DNA from: Octopus vulgaris
Taxonomy: Eukaryota
Direction of reading: 5' to 3'
Length of the DNA: 64,000 nt
Assembly: GCA_951406725.2 (NCBI GenBank)
Contig: OX597817.1
Span: forward strand, 68,200,001-68,264,000
Shown piece by piece: positions 51,583 to 64,000 of the stretch; within the stretch, counting starts at the first letter, position 1; each line of letters begins with the position of its first letter. The notes below the pieces were generated by a model, which did no database searches, was not told the origin of the DNA, and saw only the letters and a list, made by a program, of their open reading frames with translations. Position numbers and translations under genes: made by a program.

Positions 51583-52822
51583 CAAAGAGTGTAAATTTTT
51601 TTGAGGTTATTGTATGAATTTAGAAAACTACGCACGATTCATCAAAGAAAAGCTATATTTGAAAACAAATTGGCACAAATAATCTTGTAAATCCTTTTAA
51701 CGCAGCTATTTAATGAATCCACCGTTCACATCATTGGCTGTTTCAATACGGGGTCCGAAGCGTTGACACGCCCGAATCAGATGACCTTTATTTGTTTTGG
51801 ACATAGTGCTGGTTATAGTGGGTTTGAGAGATTGTATGGCGTTATAGGGGTGTTGATTGATCTCGCTCCATATGTAATAGTCCAGTGAATTGAGAGCTAG
51901 TGAGCCTAGAGGCCATGTGTCTGGGAGAACATGATGATGGAGATTGGCATGCATCAACGCTTGGAGATTCCTAGCCTTATAAGACGGCACAGAGTCTTGT
52001 TGGAAGGCATACAGTCTTCCGTAGCGTAAGTTGTCTATTCAGGGCCACACAACTTTCTCCAACACCACTGTATAGACAGTGGCATTGCCTCTTAGGCTCT
52101 GTAAAAGAGTGAAGAAAGTATATCTACCTCGTTGCTGACGACTTCCAGAACTATCACAGATGCTGGGAACTTAGTATGCATGACCGTTCGAACCTCATTC
52201 GGGTTTCTCTGCACAATCATCTGTCGTTCCTTCGGTTTATCTTTTGGTTGTGATCGAAGTTTTTTCATCGGAGAAAAACAAAAGCTTTCTAGCGTCTTAG
52301 TGTTTTAACTTGTTTAGCAAGCGCTTTCGGTGCACGGATCGAACGATTCTCTCTTGTCACATCCGGCATAAAGTAACTCCTCCGCACCGCATACAACTTT
52401 TACCGGATGTCCTCATGAACAAATCTGGGGATCTTGCATTCTGAAAACTTTGAGGTCCTTTGCAATGGCTCTCTTTGACTTTCTGGGATTTTTATCGATT
52501 ATTTCTTGGACTTTTCTGATAGTATTCGGACCCTGTGCATATGTTTTGCGATTAGATGCTGATGCTGGATCCCTGTCAGCAGCTTGCAGCTCCTTTCGAA
52601 CTTTGACATCGAAGGATCGGGCAACTTCCAGAAAGCGAGCTACCTCTGCATCACTACGCTGCGCTTTTAAGGCAACGATTACAGGTGTCTTAATTTGCTG
52701 AGTCAACTTTAGGTCTGACATTATTTATGAGAAAAGTTAGGTAATTAAGATAATAAGTTAGAAGAAAGTTAAGAAAGTTAGAGCTCGTGAAAGAGCTGTT
52801 CTCAAAAAGTCAACATACCCTG
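51583..52822 (-). mobile_element. Tc1/mariner DD37D (maT) transposon, degenerate
   Basis: N-terminal NPRKSKRAIAKDL, FFSDEK, FQQD-(37 aa counted)-DYY, RACQRF..NGGFI; TA on both flanks (51581-51582, 52823-52824). Confidence 0.9.
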
Positions 52823-53250
52823 TATGTCATTTTCTGTCTCAGATGACTTTGAACTTCATTTGACCCCATCATTACACTTGCATTTTCATTTTTAAAGCTT
52901 ATTAGATTTTTTTAAAATAGGATGCCAATAACAAATACGTTTACTCTAGCATTGTAAAAGACATGAGCAGTACAGTAATTGGTTTTTAAAAGTAATTAAA
53001 TACTTGTCAACTGTTTTTCTTTTTAATTTGGCTATCATAAAATCTAGCTACTAGAACAAATTGTATTTTTGTAGACGCATCTGTAATTTCATGAATAATT
53101 GATAAAAATTTAATATTCTTTAATTGTGCTATAAGAATTTCCAAGTATTCCCTCCCAACATCATCGTAAAAGACAACTGTTCTTAGCAATTTTAGAATAA
53201 GGTCATGCATTATATAGAAAACGTGGAAGATAGTCTAGTATTGAATTAAT
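52823..53250 (-). pseudogene. hAT transposase remnant, proximal part
   Basis: FLSII.EITDASTKIQFVLVARFYD (DExTD region) and NLISF..NASVMMG (DGA..M.G region). Confidence 0.75.
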
Positions 53251-53596
53251 GAGATTGTGCTCTGTGACATATTTTCAGTGCAGTGGAAACCACATGAGAC
53301 ATGTTCTATGAAGTAGAAGTCTGTAGGAAATTACTTTAGAAGTCTGGGCACTTGTATGAATACTTTTAGATGTTTCTCAAGTATGGTAACATCCCCAGAT
53401 AAGTCATAACTACATAATTTCAAAATGTTTTGAGTTCTTCGAACTTCGATAAAAACATCTAAAATTGGAGTCATTAAGCCATTTTTTTTTTATAATTGAC
53501 GTTTCTATTCGCCATTAGCTTCTTGTTTGAACTACCCTCTGACCTATTATTTTTATCGCTCTTTTTCTCATCCGTTATGATCTGTGGATTAGATTA

Positions 53597-54115
53597 TACT
53601 CTTTTACTCTTTTACTTGTTTCAGTCATTTGACTGCGGCCATGCTGGAGCACCGCCTTTAATTATATCTTGTATTTATTTACTTTTTCACTCATTGGATT
53701 GTGGCCATGCTGGGACACCGCCTTGAATGTTTTAGTTCAATAAATCGACCCTCAGTACCTAGTTCTAAAACCTGGTACTTATTCTAAGGGTCACTTTTGA
53801 CGAACTGCTACACAAACCAACATCGATTATCAGGTGGACAAGTAGAAAAACACACACACACACATGCATGTACAGCTGGTTTACATAGAGTTTTTGCCAA
53901 CCAAATTCATTCACAAGGTATGGTTGGCCTGGGGCAATAGAAGACAATTGCTCAAAAGTGAATCCAGACCACTCAGTGCTCAAGTGGTACTTGTTTTATA
54001 AATCCAAAAAGGATGAAAGGGAAAGTCAACTTTGGCGGAATTTGACCGCAGAACGTAAATAAGAATAATACTGCATTTCCCTGGCACGATAACGATTCTG
54101 CCAGCTCGCCGCCTA
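53597..54115 (-). mobile_element. SINE A (duplicated tail) followed by SINE B
   Basis: Two GGCCATGCTGG..CACCGCC tails, A body to about 53975, then B domain and head GGCGGCGAGCTGGCAGAATCG. Confidence 0.8.
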
Positions 54116-54149
54116 CCTGCGCCTATAAATATAAAAGAAGTATAATTAT

Positions 54150-54510
54150 AACAAGAGCACTCAGAGAGCACAAACCTCAGCAAAGGTAACACCAACGTCC
54201 TCTCAACGATTAGCCAGAGATGGTTTTTAAAATGAGAATATCTGAAATAAACTTGACTACTCTCACAAACGAGAATATTAAAAATGAACCCGACTGCTCT
54301 CAAAAATTATGTAAAAAAACAGGAAAAATAATCCAGAGTCCTTGTCCCGTACCAGATCGATCCCAAAATTTAATCAGTTCGTGCCAGTCACAAGGCCAAA
54401 CGTCCCTGAAAGTTTCATTCGAATCCATCTAGCGGTTCTTGAGACATCTTGTCCACGGACAAACAAACACGACCTGAAACAATTTTATCTCCGAAGGCGG
54501 AGATAAAAAT
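54150..54510 (+). mobile_element. Helentron-associated (DINE-1/HINE-like) non-autonomous element
   Basis: Starts ACAAGA, has a subterminal TCTTGT inverted motif, and a terminal 11-bp hairpin TTTTATCTCCG-AAGG-CGGAGATAAAA (54483-54508); no TSD. Orientation uncertain. Confidence 0.55.
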
Positions 54511-54639
54511 TTAACAAAATAAATTTAAAACAAATACTGACGCTTACGAGTCACAACTCACTAAAACATGAGAATGGATCACCATTGTCTGAAATTATTT
54601 TACTCCAGTTTAATAAAGCACACATCAGACTTTTATGAA

Positions 54640-54927
54640 GCGGAGGTACATGGCTTAGTAGTTAGAGCAGCGGACTCTAACGGGTTCGAATCTCAGACCG
54701 AGAGATGCGTGTGTTTATGGGCGAAACACCTAAGCTTCACGCGGCTTCAGCAGGAGGTAATGGCAAACTTCTGCTAACTCTTTCACCACAACTTTCTCTC
54801 ACTCTTTCCTCCTGCATCTAACACCTCACCGTCCAGGTGGGGAACCTATATGCCAATGAAACCGGGAAATCGGCCCTTATGAGCCAGGCATCGCTTGAGA
54901 AGGAACAAACAACAACAACAACAACAA
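54640..54927 (+). mobile_element. SINE family C variant, 11-bp TSD, (CAA)n tail
   Basis: ACTTTTATGAA at 54629-54639 and 54928-54938; TGGCTTAGTAG and GGTTCGAATC boxes. Confidence 0.9.
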
Positions 54928-55330
54928 ACTTTTATGAATAAATTCCGTCTTTATTAAACATTCTTATAATGCTAAATTTCTCGCAATGAAGGCAATAAAT
55001 TTGAAAATTTTCTAATTGGCACAAAATGTAAATTTGAAAAATCTACTAAATTTCATGATTGAATTTACCGGAATCAAATTTACTAAATTTCGTAAAGTAA
55101 AAACCTGTCCATATCCGACAACCTTACTTCTGTCTATGTATTCCGTCTATAGCATTTCTTATCATTACCTTTGCTGTATCTTACCTCCCTCTCAATGAAA
55201 ACTGATATTTTTGTTGATATTTTTGTTGACCGATGTTTTGCTACTGTTGTATAGCTGCATGTTGGCTTTATCGAGAAATCACCTCCCATGAAATGTGTTC
55301 TAGCTGAGCAGGCCTAGCTGTTTTTTTTCC

Positions 55331-55505
55331 TTTTATCTTTTACTTGTTTCATTCATTAGACTATGACCATGCTGGACGCAGTCTTGAATGATTTTAGTCG
55401 AATGAATTGATCCCAGAACTTATTATTTTAAAACCTGGTACTTATTCATTCGATCACTTTTACCGAACTGCTAAGTTACCGGAACGCGAAAACACGCATA
55501 TACAC

Positions 55506-55541
<36 letters not shown>

Positions 55542-55702
55542 GACGGTCTTCTTTCACTTTCCGTTTACCAAATCCACTCACAGGGCTTTGGTCGGCCCAA
55601 GGTTATAGTAGATTAGACATGCCTAAAGTGCCATGGAGTGGGGTTGAACCCAGAATCACGTAGTTAGGAAGCAAACTTCTTACCACACTGCCATACCTTC
55701 GC
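55331..55702 (-). mobile_element. SINE family A, near full length
   Basis: Tail, body and tRNA-like head (GGGTTCAACCCC) present. Confidence 0.88.
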
Positions 55703-55735
55703 TTATAATTGTCATTCTTTTCAGACTATCTAGAC

Positions 55736-56050
55736 CAGAGGTTCTCAAACTTTTTGGGTCACTGCCCCACCTCATAACCACATAATACCCTCAGCGCCCC
55801 ACCCCTATTTTTATGTATAAATATATTATACTTAACTAATTTATATATACTATGAATCATTTGATATTTAATATATTACATAATTTGTATACAATACTAT
55901 AATGATATTATAATAAATTCATAGCGTCCCCCAATCCACTGCCTTCCTCTCAGTGCCTCTCTTTTCTCTACCACCCTTTAGGCACCAGCACCCACCTGGA
56001 CCGTCTCAACGCCCACCGAAGGGCGGTAGCGCCCACTTCGACAACCTATG
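55736..56050. mobile_element. hAT-Charlie-type MITE
   Basis: CAGAGGTTCTCAAA / TTCGACAACCTATG termini; 8-bp TSD ATCTAGAC (55728-55735, 56051-56058) fits the NTCTAGAN Charlie target. Confidence 0.9.
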
Positions 56051-56559
56051 ATCTAGACCTACACTGACAAATGCACCAATCTCTTCTTAAGATCATAAAG
56101 TAATATTTTTTCAGAAAGTTGACTGATATTTCTAGGAAACTAAGTAATAGCGTAAAGGTGCCATCGTTCTACATTTTCCTTGGAGTGCTCCATCTTCAAA
56201 AACTTAAGCAGCGTTTAGTACTTCAAAAACTTATCAGTCTGGAAGGCTAACAAAAAGCATGACAATGGTCTATCTCCACTGGCTTAATATTGATGATGAT
56301 GATGATGATGATGGTAATAATCTTTTCTACGATGGGCACAAGGACAGAAATTTTGGAAGAGGGAACTAATCGATTACATCGACTCCAGAGCTCAACGAGT
56401 ACATATGTTTGTCAATCTCGGCAAGACGAACAGCAAAATCGACATCGGTGGAATTTGAACTCGGAACGTAAAGAGATGGAAGAAATGCACAAAAGGCGCG
56501 CAAAAGATCTTGCCAGTTCACTGCCTTAACAATAACAGCCAGAGCAATAATAAAAAGTC

Positions 56560-56955
56560 GTTTCTATTGGAGGCACAAGGCCTCAAATTTGTGGGGTAGG
56601 AACTAGTCGATTATATGGGTCCCAGTGCGTAACTGGTACTTAATTTATCGACCCCGAAAGGATGAAAGGCAAAGTCGACCTTGGCGGAATTTGAACTCAG
56701 AACGTAGCGGCAGACGAAATACCTATTTCTTTACAACCCACAAGGGGCTAAACACAGAGAGGACAAACAAGGACAAACAAACGGATTAAGTCGATTACAA
56801 CGACCCCATTGCGTAACTGGTAGTTAATTTATCGACCCCGAAAGGATGAAAGGCAAAGTCGACCTCGGCGGAATTTAAACTCAGAACGTAACGGCAGACG
56901 AAATATGGCTACGCATTTCGCCCGGCGTGCTAACGAATCTGCCAGCTCGATGCTT
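56560..56955 (-). mobile_element. Dimeric SINE family B element
   Basis: Same internal junction and GGCTACGCATTTCG variant as 34790-35172. Confidence 0.88.
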
Positions 56956-56978
56956 TAATAATAATAATAATTATAATG

Positions 56979-57055
<77 letters not shown>

Positions 57056-57200
57056 AAGAAGAAGGAGGAGGAGGAGGAGGAGAAGAGGAAGAAGAAGAAG
57101 AAGAAGAAGAAGAAGAAGAAGAAGAAGAAGAAGAAGAAGGAAAACGAGAAAAATATTAATAAGGATTGATGACGATGATGATGATAATAATAATAATTCT
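56956..57200. repeat. (TAA)n-(GAA)n-(GAT)n compound microsatellite
   Basis: Directly visible. Confidence 0.95.
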
Positions 57201-57395
57201 GAAGTTGCAATCAGCTTCGTATTAAAAAGCATCTAAAACCACTTGTTTATTAAGACTTTAAGCTAGTTATTATTGGCGGTTAGCCTTTAAGTAATACATA
57301 TTATTGAAACTCAGAAACATTCGGACAGAAAAAAAAACGCTTTGGAGGAAATCAAATACTGTAGTAATACTGTATTTATTTATTTATTTATATAT

Positions 57396-57430
<35 letters not shown>

Positions 57431-59754
57431 TCTCAAAGCTTTAATGCGTCTGCCATTTTTTCACTTCCAACACCATATCTTTAATAATACGATTGTCATA
57501 TAACGCTACATTCTGCCAGTAAAAGTTTTTATTGTTGTTCCCCTCACTATTTGACAACAGGGCGGCTAACTGTGGTTGCTACCAACATAAATGTCTTTCT
57601 CTAATAAATCGATTTCCTGTTTAATTGTTCTTCGCTTGTTTTCTTTTTTCCTTCCCATTATGAAGAATTCATGGAAATCAGAGCGTTGCCTGTCATATTT
57701 TATATTACTCCAGGGTTTTATACACACACACATACATGCACACGCGTGCGCTTATACACACGCATATATGCGCACACACACGCGTAAATCTGGATGTGAC
57801 TTACTCAATCTTTTCCGCTTTTTTCAGATGAAGATAAATTCAATTTTAATGCAATAAATTGAAAAGAAAATGGGCGTTAAGTGGTGAACTTAGACTTATC
57901 ATCGGAAATTTAAGCTATCATTAATGTAAGTAAATGATTGTTTTGCGTTCGTTCTATTGTTTCAAAGTAGATATAAATACGAAAGAATGCATCCGTTTTC
58001 AGCTGCGGTAGCTACATTTGATAAACAGATATCACTACGCAGTTATATACAACGTCTAGCGATATATTTGATATCTAGTAGTATTTCTGAAGTGTTAAAC
58101 ATCATTTTGTTATTTATGAAATGGTTTCTGTATTTTTCGTACCAACTAGAGTACATATAACTAGTTGTGCTATCACACCTGTAAAATCTGTTTGCATGAC
58201 ACCCGGTTAACGTGTGGCACAGCCAATTGAGAAACCGTTCGAAATTGTTTGCAATCCTTCATCCGAATGCCTCCTAGAAAAGATCATGAAATGGTTTTTT
58301 AGGCCGTCATATGTGAACTCCATTTCAATAAACATACAACGACAGAAGTTCTATCAACTGCATTACCTATGTAGTTGAAGTTGTGAGCATCTGAAAAAAA
58401 TGCCTCCTGCATTCGGGCACATATAATATGTACTTCTCTCTGGAACTATGAGCGGCGGGGATGTTTATCTTCATGTTTTATGACATAGAACAGGTGTGAC
58501 AGCGCTCATGATTGTCTGAAGAACGACTGAGACATGTAAGATATTGAAGTGATTGGAGGAAGGATGCTCATGATACCCTCAGATCGGAGCCCTGATGCGA
58601 ATATTTGCAACAGAGCCAACTCCATTATATACACGCGAGCCTCAGGGTGTGGTGACAGATTAAGTCAACCACCCAAGAATAGGTTATATTACAGTCCATC
58701 CAAGAGGATTCCACACAATTTCTATCTACGCAATTTCAATCACAAATCTTGAGTCGACTCAGAGTTATGATGGAAATCAACTGCTCAAAATGCTGCGTGA
58801 TGGGATTGAACACGTGATCAAGTGACGCTAAGTGAATATAATTACAGTCATGACTGTATTTACAGGTGATCCTTCACTCTAAGATGACTTGTTCAGGTTC
58901 TTTTACAAAGTATCTTGTAGTTCTCAATATGAAAGTTAATCTTAAAATAAACAGCATAATGCTTTGTTTCCATATTCCAGGAGAACATTTTAAGTCAAAC
59001 GTTTAGCCTGTTTTCGCTCATACACCATTTTAACCGTCGAATGAAAAACGATACGTCGCGAGGTCGTTACTGTTGTTTAGACCGAGGCCAAACATCATAG
59101 ATCGTTATTTCGACTTCTTCTTTGATAGTAGTTCCAAGGAGTTACTTAACATTCTCAAAAAACGGAAGGTTTATGGAGTTGGATTGTTCTTCGTAATATG
59201 AAATCTTAAATCATGGGTAGTTAGAATTGGGTTGATTCATGAAATGATGGAAGTCGAATTGCAGAATCATTCATTTATTTTAGAAGCAGGCTATCACCTA
59301 CCACTAAAACAAATCACCAAGCAATTTCATTTAAATTTTGAACGAGCCATCACGTCTAGTTCACATGCTAGAAATACAAGCTAAATCCCATTAATCCACA
59401 CCCAGCAGTTTTACATATACCTGATAACCAAGAACCGGACGTCTATGATCACTAGTCTACATGATGAGAGCTAATCTGGGGACAAACATCTTAAAGTATG
59501 ATATATGAATAAAAGAGTACCCCATGTGATTGCTCTAAATATTCCCCAAAACTCAGCCTATAGTCTAAAAGAAAAATGGAAGGTTATGTCGGATAATGTA
59601 ATAGTATGTTGTCAACTTAATGTGACAGTTCCATGAAAGGGAAGAATGCAACTGTTATTTAGCCCTATGAAAGACCGTTTCCTGTTGGACTTGACACATT
59701 TCCTGTGTCCTTATATTTTCAAAGTGGAGACAAGCACCTCCACCCAGCAAAGCC

Positions 59755-59803
59755 AGCATTCAGAGATTAGTTTCAGAGTCATTGCTCATCATCAGTCCGT
59801 GCT
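59755..59803 (-). ncRNA. Type I hammerhead-ribozyme-like motif
   Basis: AGCACGGA CUGAUGA U GAG CAAUGA CUC U GAAA CUAA UC UCUG AA UGCU: intact CUGAUGA/GAAA/UH core, 8-bp bulged stem I, 3-bp stem II, imperfect stem III. Confidence 0.6.
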
Positions 59804-61100
59804 GCTACTGCATAAATCTCTCTGAGAGATTTAGAAATGTATTATTTCTATGTCAAATAATGTTGTCGGAGTAAAAGACGAGATGATCACGGTTGGAACG
59901 CCTTTGATCGTAGTTCTGATTGATCAAAGTTGATGTGGGCCTAACAACAACGAGAACAGCAGCAACAATTTAAACTACGATGTTTGTTATCAATACACGG
60001 CAAAAATTCTCATTGTATTACCAAGTAGATTAAGATATTTTAGATATTATCTAGAGACGTCAACCGTGAAAGATATTCCTAATGTTTCTTTTTAAACTGT
60101 GAATGGAATAAAGAACCCGAAGTCGGGGACGTAGGCGAGGAGTAGACACAAAGAGAAAGATAGAAGAATATAAAAATATTGTGCATGTGTTTGCGTATAA
60201 AAGAATGTGTGTATGTGTTAAAGGAGTGTTGTATTTGTGCGTTTGTGTGTGTTAGAAGAATACTGTGAGAATTAGAATGAAAACAGGAAACTGATTGAAA
60301 GAAGAGAGACTTAACGAGAAAGAAGTTAGATAATGACGTGTATTAATAGTGTTATAGAGTTACATAGAGACGTTATAAAATGTAGTCGAAAGGTATGTGC
60401 GTGTTTGTGTGTCTGTATGTGTGCGTGTGTGCACATGTGTGTTTGTGTTGTATGTGTGTATAAGTGTATGTGTCTGTATGCTTTGTAATTATTTAAGATA
60501 ATTCTTGCGAGACTAGTCTAGTTCTCTTCACTTTAGAATTCGTTTGACAGTAAAAAGTCGTTCCCGCTTTTGAGCGGTAACATGGCGTCATACACCGTTT
60601 ATACAACCCGCAAACATACACAAACACACACACGCATACATGCATGTATCTTAAATTGAAGTAGTCACAGAAAACAGATTGTTAATATTTCGAGTCCTTC
60701 AGTATGATATTTTAAAGTTCCACAATTTTCGAAAAAAATTTATAAATATATAATATGAAAAATAAGATTGTTATATTACAAAAATATAAAATCTCAGAGT
60801 TTTATAAGAAAATTGAAACGATCGAATAAAGGACTCGAAATATCAATAATCAGTTTTCTGATTGCTTACATTTTATGAGGCGTCTTTTAACGTTGCATAT
60901 ATTTAGAGTTATGCCCTAACTCCAAATATATGCAGATTTAAATATTGTTAAGCGTATAGCATTATTGGAAAATGAGAGTTGAACGTGACTTCGTTTTGGG
61001 TCCTTATTCGTATGATAACGTGTTTTCCATTCAATATCTGATAATGTGTATGTGCGAATGTGCATACATGCACATATATATGTATATTTATATGTATATG

Positions 61101-61165
<65 letters not shown>

Positions 61166-61169
<4 letters not shown>

Positions 61170-61282
61170 TCGAATGCCGGGGCGAAGAGCTACGATACAT
61201 TCTCGTCGTTTATTAATGGTAATGGTTATCATTAATAGCTGACGCGAATGTTTCATAGTTCTTCGCCCCGGAATTCGAAACT
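61166..61282. repeat. 117-bp imperfect palindrome (57-bp arms, 3-nt loop)
   Basis: Ungapped arm alignment has 48/57 matches; four of the mismatches are G-U pairs on the plus-strand RNA. Confidence 0.92.
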
Positions 61283-61384
61283 CCAAGTATTTAATGACAA
61301 CCTTTTACTGTTTATTCTAATTTATGACATATATATATAATCCTCTATTTCTCTAATATCGAGGTGTCATTCTTTTGTTGTTAC

Positions 61385-61469
<85 letters not shown>

Positions 61470-61901
61470 ACACACACATATATATATGTATACATAATAG
61501 CGACAGATGGATAATGTGTCAATACACTACAGCTGTTTCTAATGAGTTTTTTAATTGATCAATGGAGACATTACATCATTAGAAAACCCGTTTTCGTCGA
61601 GTGAATATAAGTGGAATAACGTATTATCCATCTGTTGTTATTTATATATTTTTTTACTATTCACCTCACTCGGAACCTTCTTGCAAAGATGTGAAGTATA
61701 CTATTGACCGTACATTTCGTGCAATGCGCGTTTCCTGCTTAGCTTATGATGCACTCAGTCGGGTACAGTGAACCGTATACATAACCTGAAAATCTTCCTA
61801 CCTGTATTTCGGTATCCTCTATTCTTATTATGTACACAATTTTATTGACCCGACCTGGTGCTTTACCATTTAAGTGCCTGCTTCACTCAAATCTTGATCT
61901 A

Positions 61902-61973
<72 letters not shown>

Positions 61974-61994
61974 GTGTATATATATATATGTATA

Positions 61995-62054
<60 letters not shown>

Positions 62055-62362
62055 GCACACACACATATATTCTCCCTTCACTTATAACGTATGAGGATCC
62101 GACAACCTACACTTTGTCAGTAACAATGGTTATGCTGAATGTGACATTTCAGTCCCGCCACCGATTGGCAAAGAAGCCCGCAGACGTTGCAAATATGAGG
62201 AGTGCACAAGGTATATTTTCAGCCGTTTCTCTTTTTGCCTTACACCTTTTAATCTATTAATGCTGGTAGAAGCAGAGGCTCTTACACCATTTTGACTGGA
62301 CAATCGCTGATTTATTCACTCCAAGGCAGTTTGTTCAAAGGTGTTGTAAGCTATATATTATA

Positions 62363-62600
62363 GTGTGGTTTAGTGGTTAGGATGTTAAACTCATGAAACT
62401 AAGATTGTGGTTTCGATTCCAGGACCACGCGGAGCCTTGTGTTGTTGGGAAAAACACTTTATTTTATGTTGCTCCAGTCCGCTCAGGTGGCAAAAATGAG
62501 TAATCCTGCGTAGGACTAGTTTACTGTCCAGTGGGACGATATGCTCCATAGAAACCAGGAAACCAGCTCTATGAGCCAACATGACGCAGGAAGGAATTAT
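62363..62600 (+). mobile_element. SINE family C, diverged
   Basis: GTGTGGTTTAGTGGTTAG, GGTTTCGATTCC, GTTGCTCCAGTCC..GGCAAAAATGAGTA. Confidence 0.82.
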
Positions 62601-62626
62601 TATCCCTGTTTTTTATCCTGTATGTG

Positions 62627-62686
<60 letters not shown>

Positions 62687-62990
62687 TTAATCAATGAAAT
62701 TTCAACTAGATCTGAATTTCCCGTTTTATTATTTGCAATTTTTACAATTTTACAACATTGAAACAAACTACTTCTTTCATTCTTTACACAGTCATCAGGT
62801 TTATGTAGTGACAGGCATGTTTCACAATTGACAATCTATTCTCCCATACAAAATCATACAAACTCGGATATATACATATATATTTATATATATATGTATG
62901 TATATATGTATATAAGCAAAACATTGAAACACTGAGATTTGAAATCAGATGTCACTACTGTTCATAGCATCTATTGATATATATATATAT

Positions 62991-63155
62991 CCGACAGTAA
63001 ATCGTTAATAAGTAGAGGAATTTTGAAAAAGAATGGTGATTTTAACTCACATGATTCAATTATTAAACATTTATAACTGGAATGAATAAATAAAATTGAA
63101 TACTAAATATTTATAGAATTTTGATTTACTGTCAAGTGACTTTTGGCCAACCCTG
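62991..63155. mobile_element. Small Tc1/mariner-type MITE with truncated left TIR
   Basis: GACAGTAAATC / GATTTACTGTC inverted pair; right end ...TTTTGGCCAACCCTG|TA. Confidence 0.6.
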
Positions 63156-63167
63156 TATATATATATA

Positions 63168-64000
63168 CATATACTACATTTTTGGAGAATTCTGTCTGTT
63201 GCTGTGTTTGTGGAGTTGTTAGCTAACTCCTCCTATATCGTTTTATCGATTTTAATGAAACTTGATACGTGAGTAAAACTTATGTCTGGAAACCTCATGG
63301 CATACTCAGATTGTTTATAAAAAATCGATGATAGGACCCCTGGAAGGGATTCTTTTATATAGCCAAGGCAAATAACCTATTCATTTTCCTAAATTATTTG
63401 GTATAAATCAAATTGAGTATGTTTATTTCTTAGTATTTGAACTGTTAGTTATTTTCGCAATTTATCCAATACAACCCTTAAACAATTAAATAGCATTTTC
63501 CTAAGCAATAGATCCACTTATTTCGGTTAGTGACTTATTCCCGAATATATCAACACTAGCGCCGCTGAGGGTAATATTCACTGAGAACGCACAAAAGCCT
63601 TTTTCAGAGTTATTTACTTTGAATTGTTATTATCTCAAATCTGATTAGCCTGTTATTACGTAACATGCTTCACGATTTTAGTATACATACCTTATTAATA
63701 TTTCCTCTTAAGTTCTATATACTATGGGAACGCATTAAAGCCCTTTTCGGGGCTGTTTTATTTGAATTCTTACTATTGGGTAACTAATTTCATATTATTA
63801 TATAACTGACTTCACAATTTGGGCATTCATACCTTATTGGGAGTTCCTAAAAACAAGATCCTGTGTAAGACAGTTCGGTATTCTCTGTAAATGCACAAAA
63901 ACCGTTATAAGAGCTACATACGCCCTATTGTTGTTATTGGATTATTGAAACAATTATAAGAACGGAACCAAGGGATAAGCCCCGCTTTCCTGGGAATTAC
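63168..64000 (+). mobile_element. Possible Helitron-like element with internal degenerate repeats
   Basis: CGATTTTAATGAAACTTG motif, plus two related AAGCC(C)TTTTC...TTTGAATT blocks near 63596 and 63739; classification is inference. Confidence 0.3.

Noticed and set aside
62095-62210. Protein-like frame [38 protein letters not shown] ending at AG|gtatat
   Set aside because: Isolated, with an ambiguous acceptor and no recognised homology; needs RNA evidence.

Overview
AT-rich, microsatellite-dense eukaryotic (animal) DNA with no recognisable intact host gene, rRNA, tRNA or CRISPR array. The repeat families look like those I know from octopus genomes (recognition from memory, not a database result). 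Most ORFs in the track are microsatellite translation artefacts. The window is mostly decayed mobile DNA: three tRNA-headed SINE groups (here A, B, C; several copies with 11-17 bp TSDs), a 16.8-25.6 kb cluster of Tx1/L1-like and R4/Dong-like LINE fragments, three mariner remnants, a DD37D (maT) element inserted at a TA inside a hAT transposase relic, a Charlie-type MITE, a Merlin-like MITE with telomere-like repeats, and Helitron/Helentron-like pieces. Most interesting: several hammerhead-ribozyme-like motifs (best at 59755-59803; one next to a tRNA-like Pol III head), a SINE insertion that captured 37 bp of nearby DNA, dimeric and chimeric SINE subfamilies, long palindromes, and an unconfirmed chain of phase-compatible minus-strand exon candidates.
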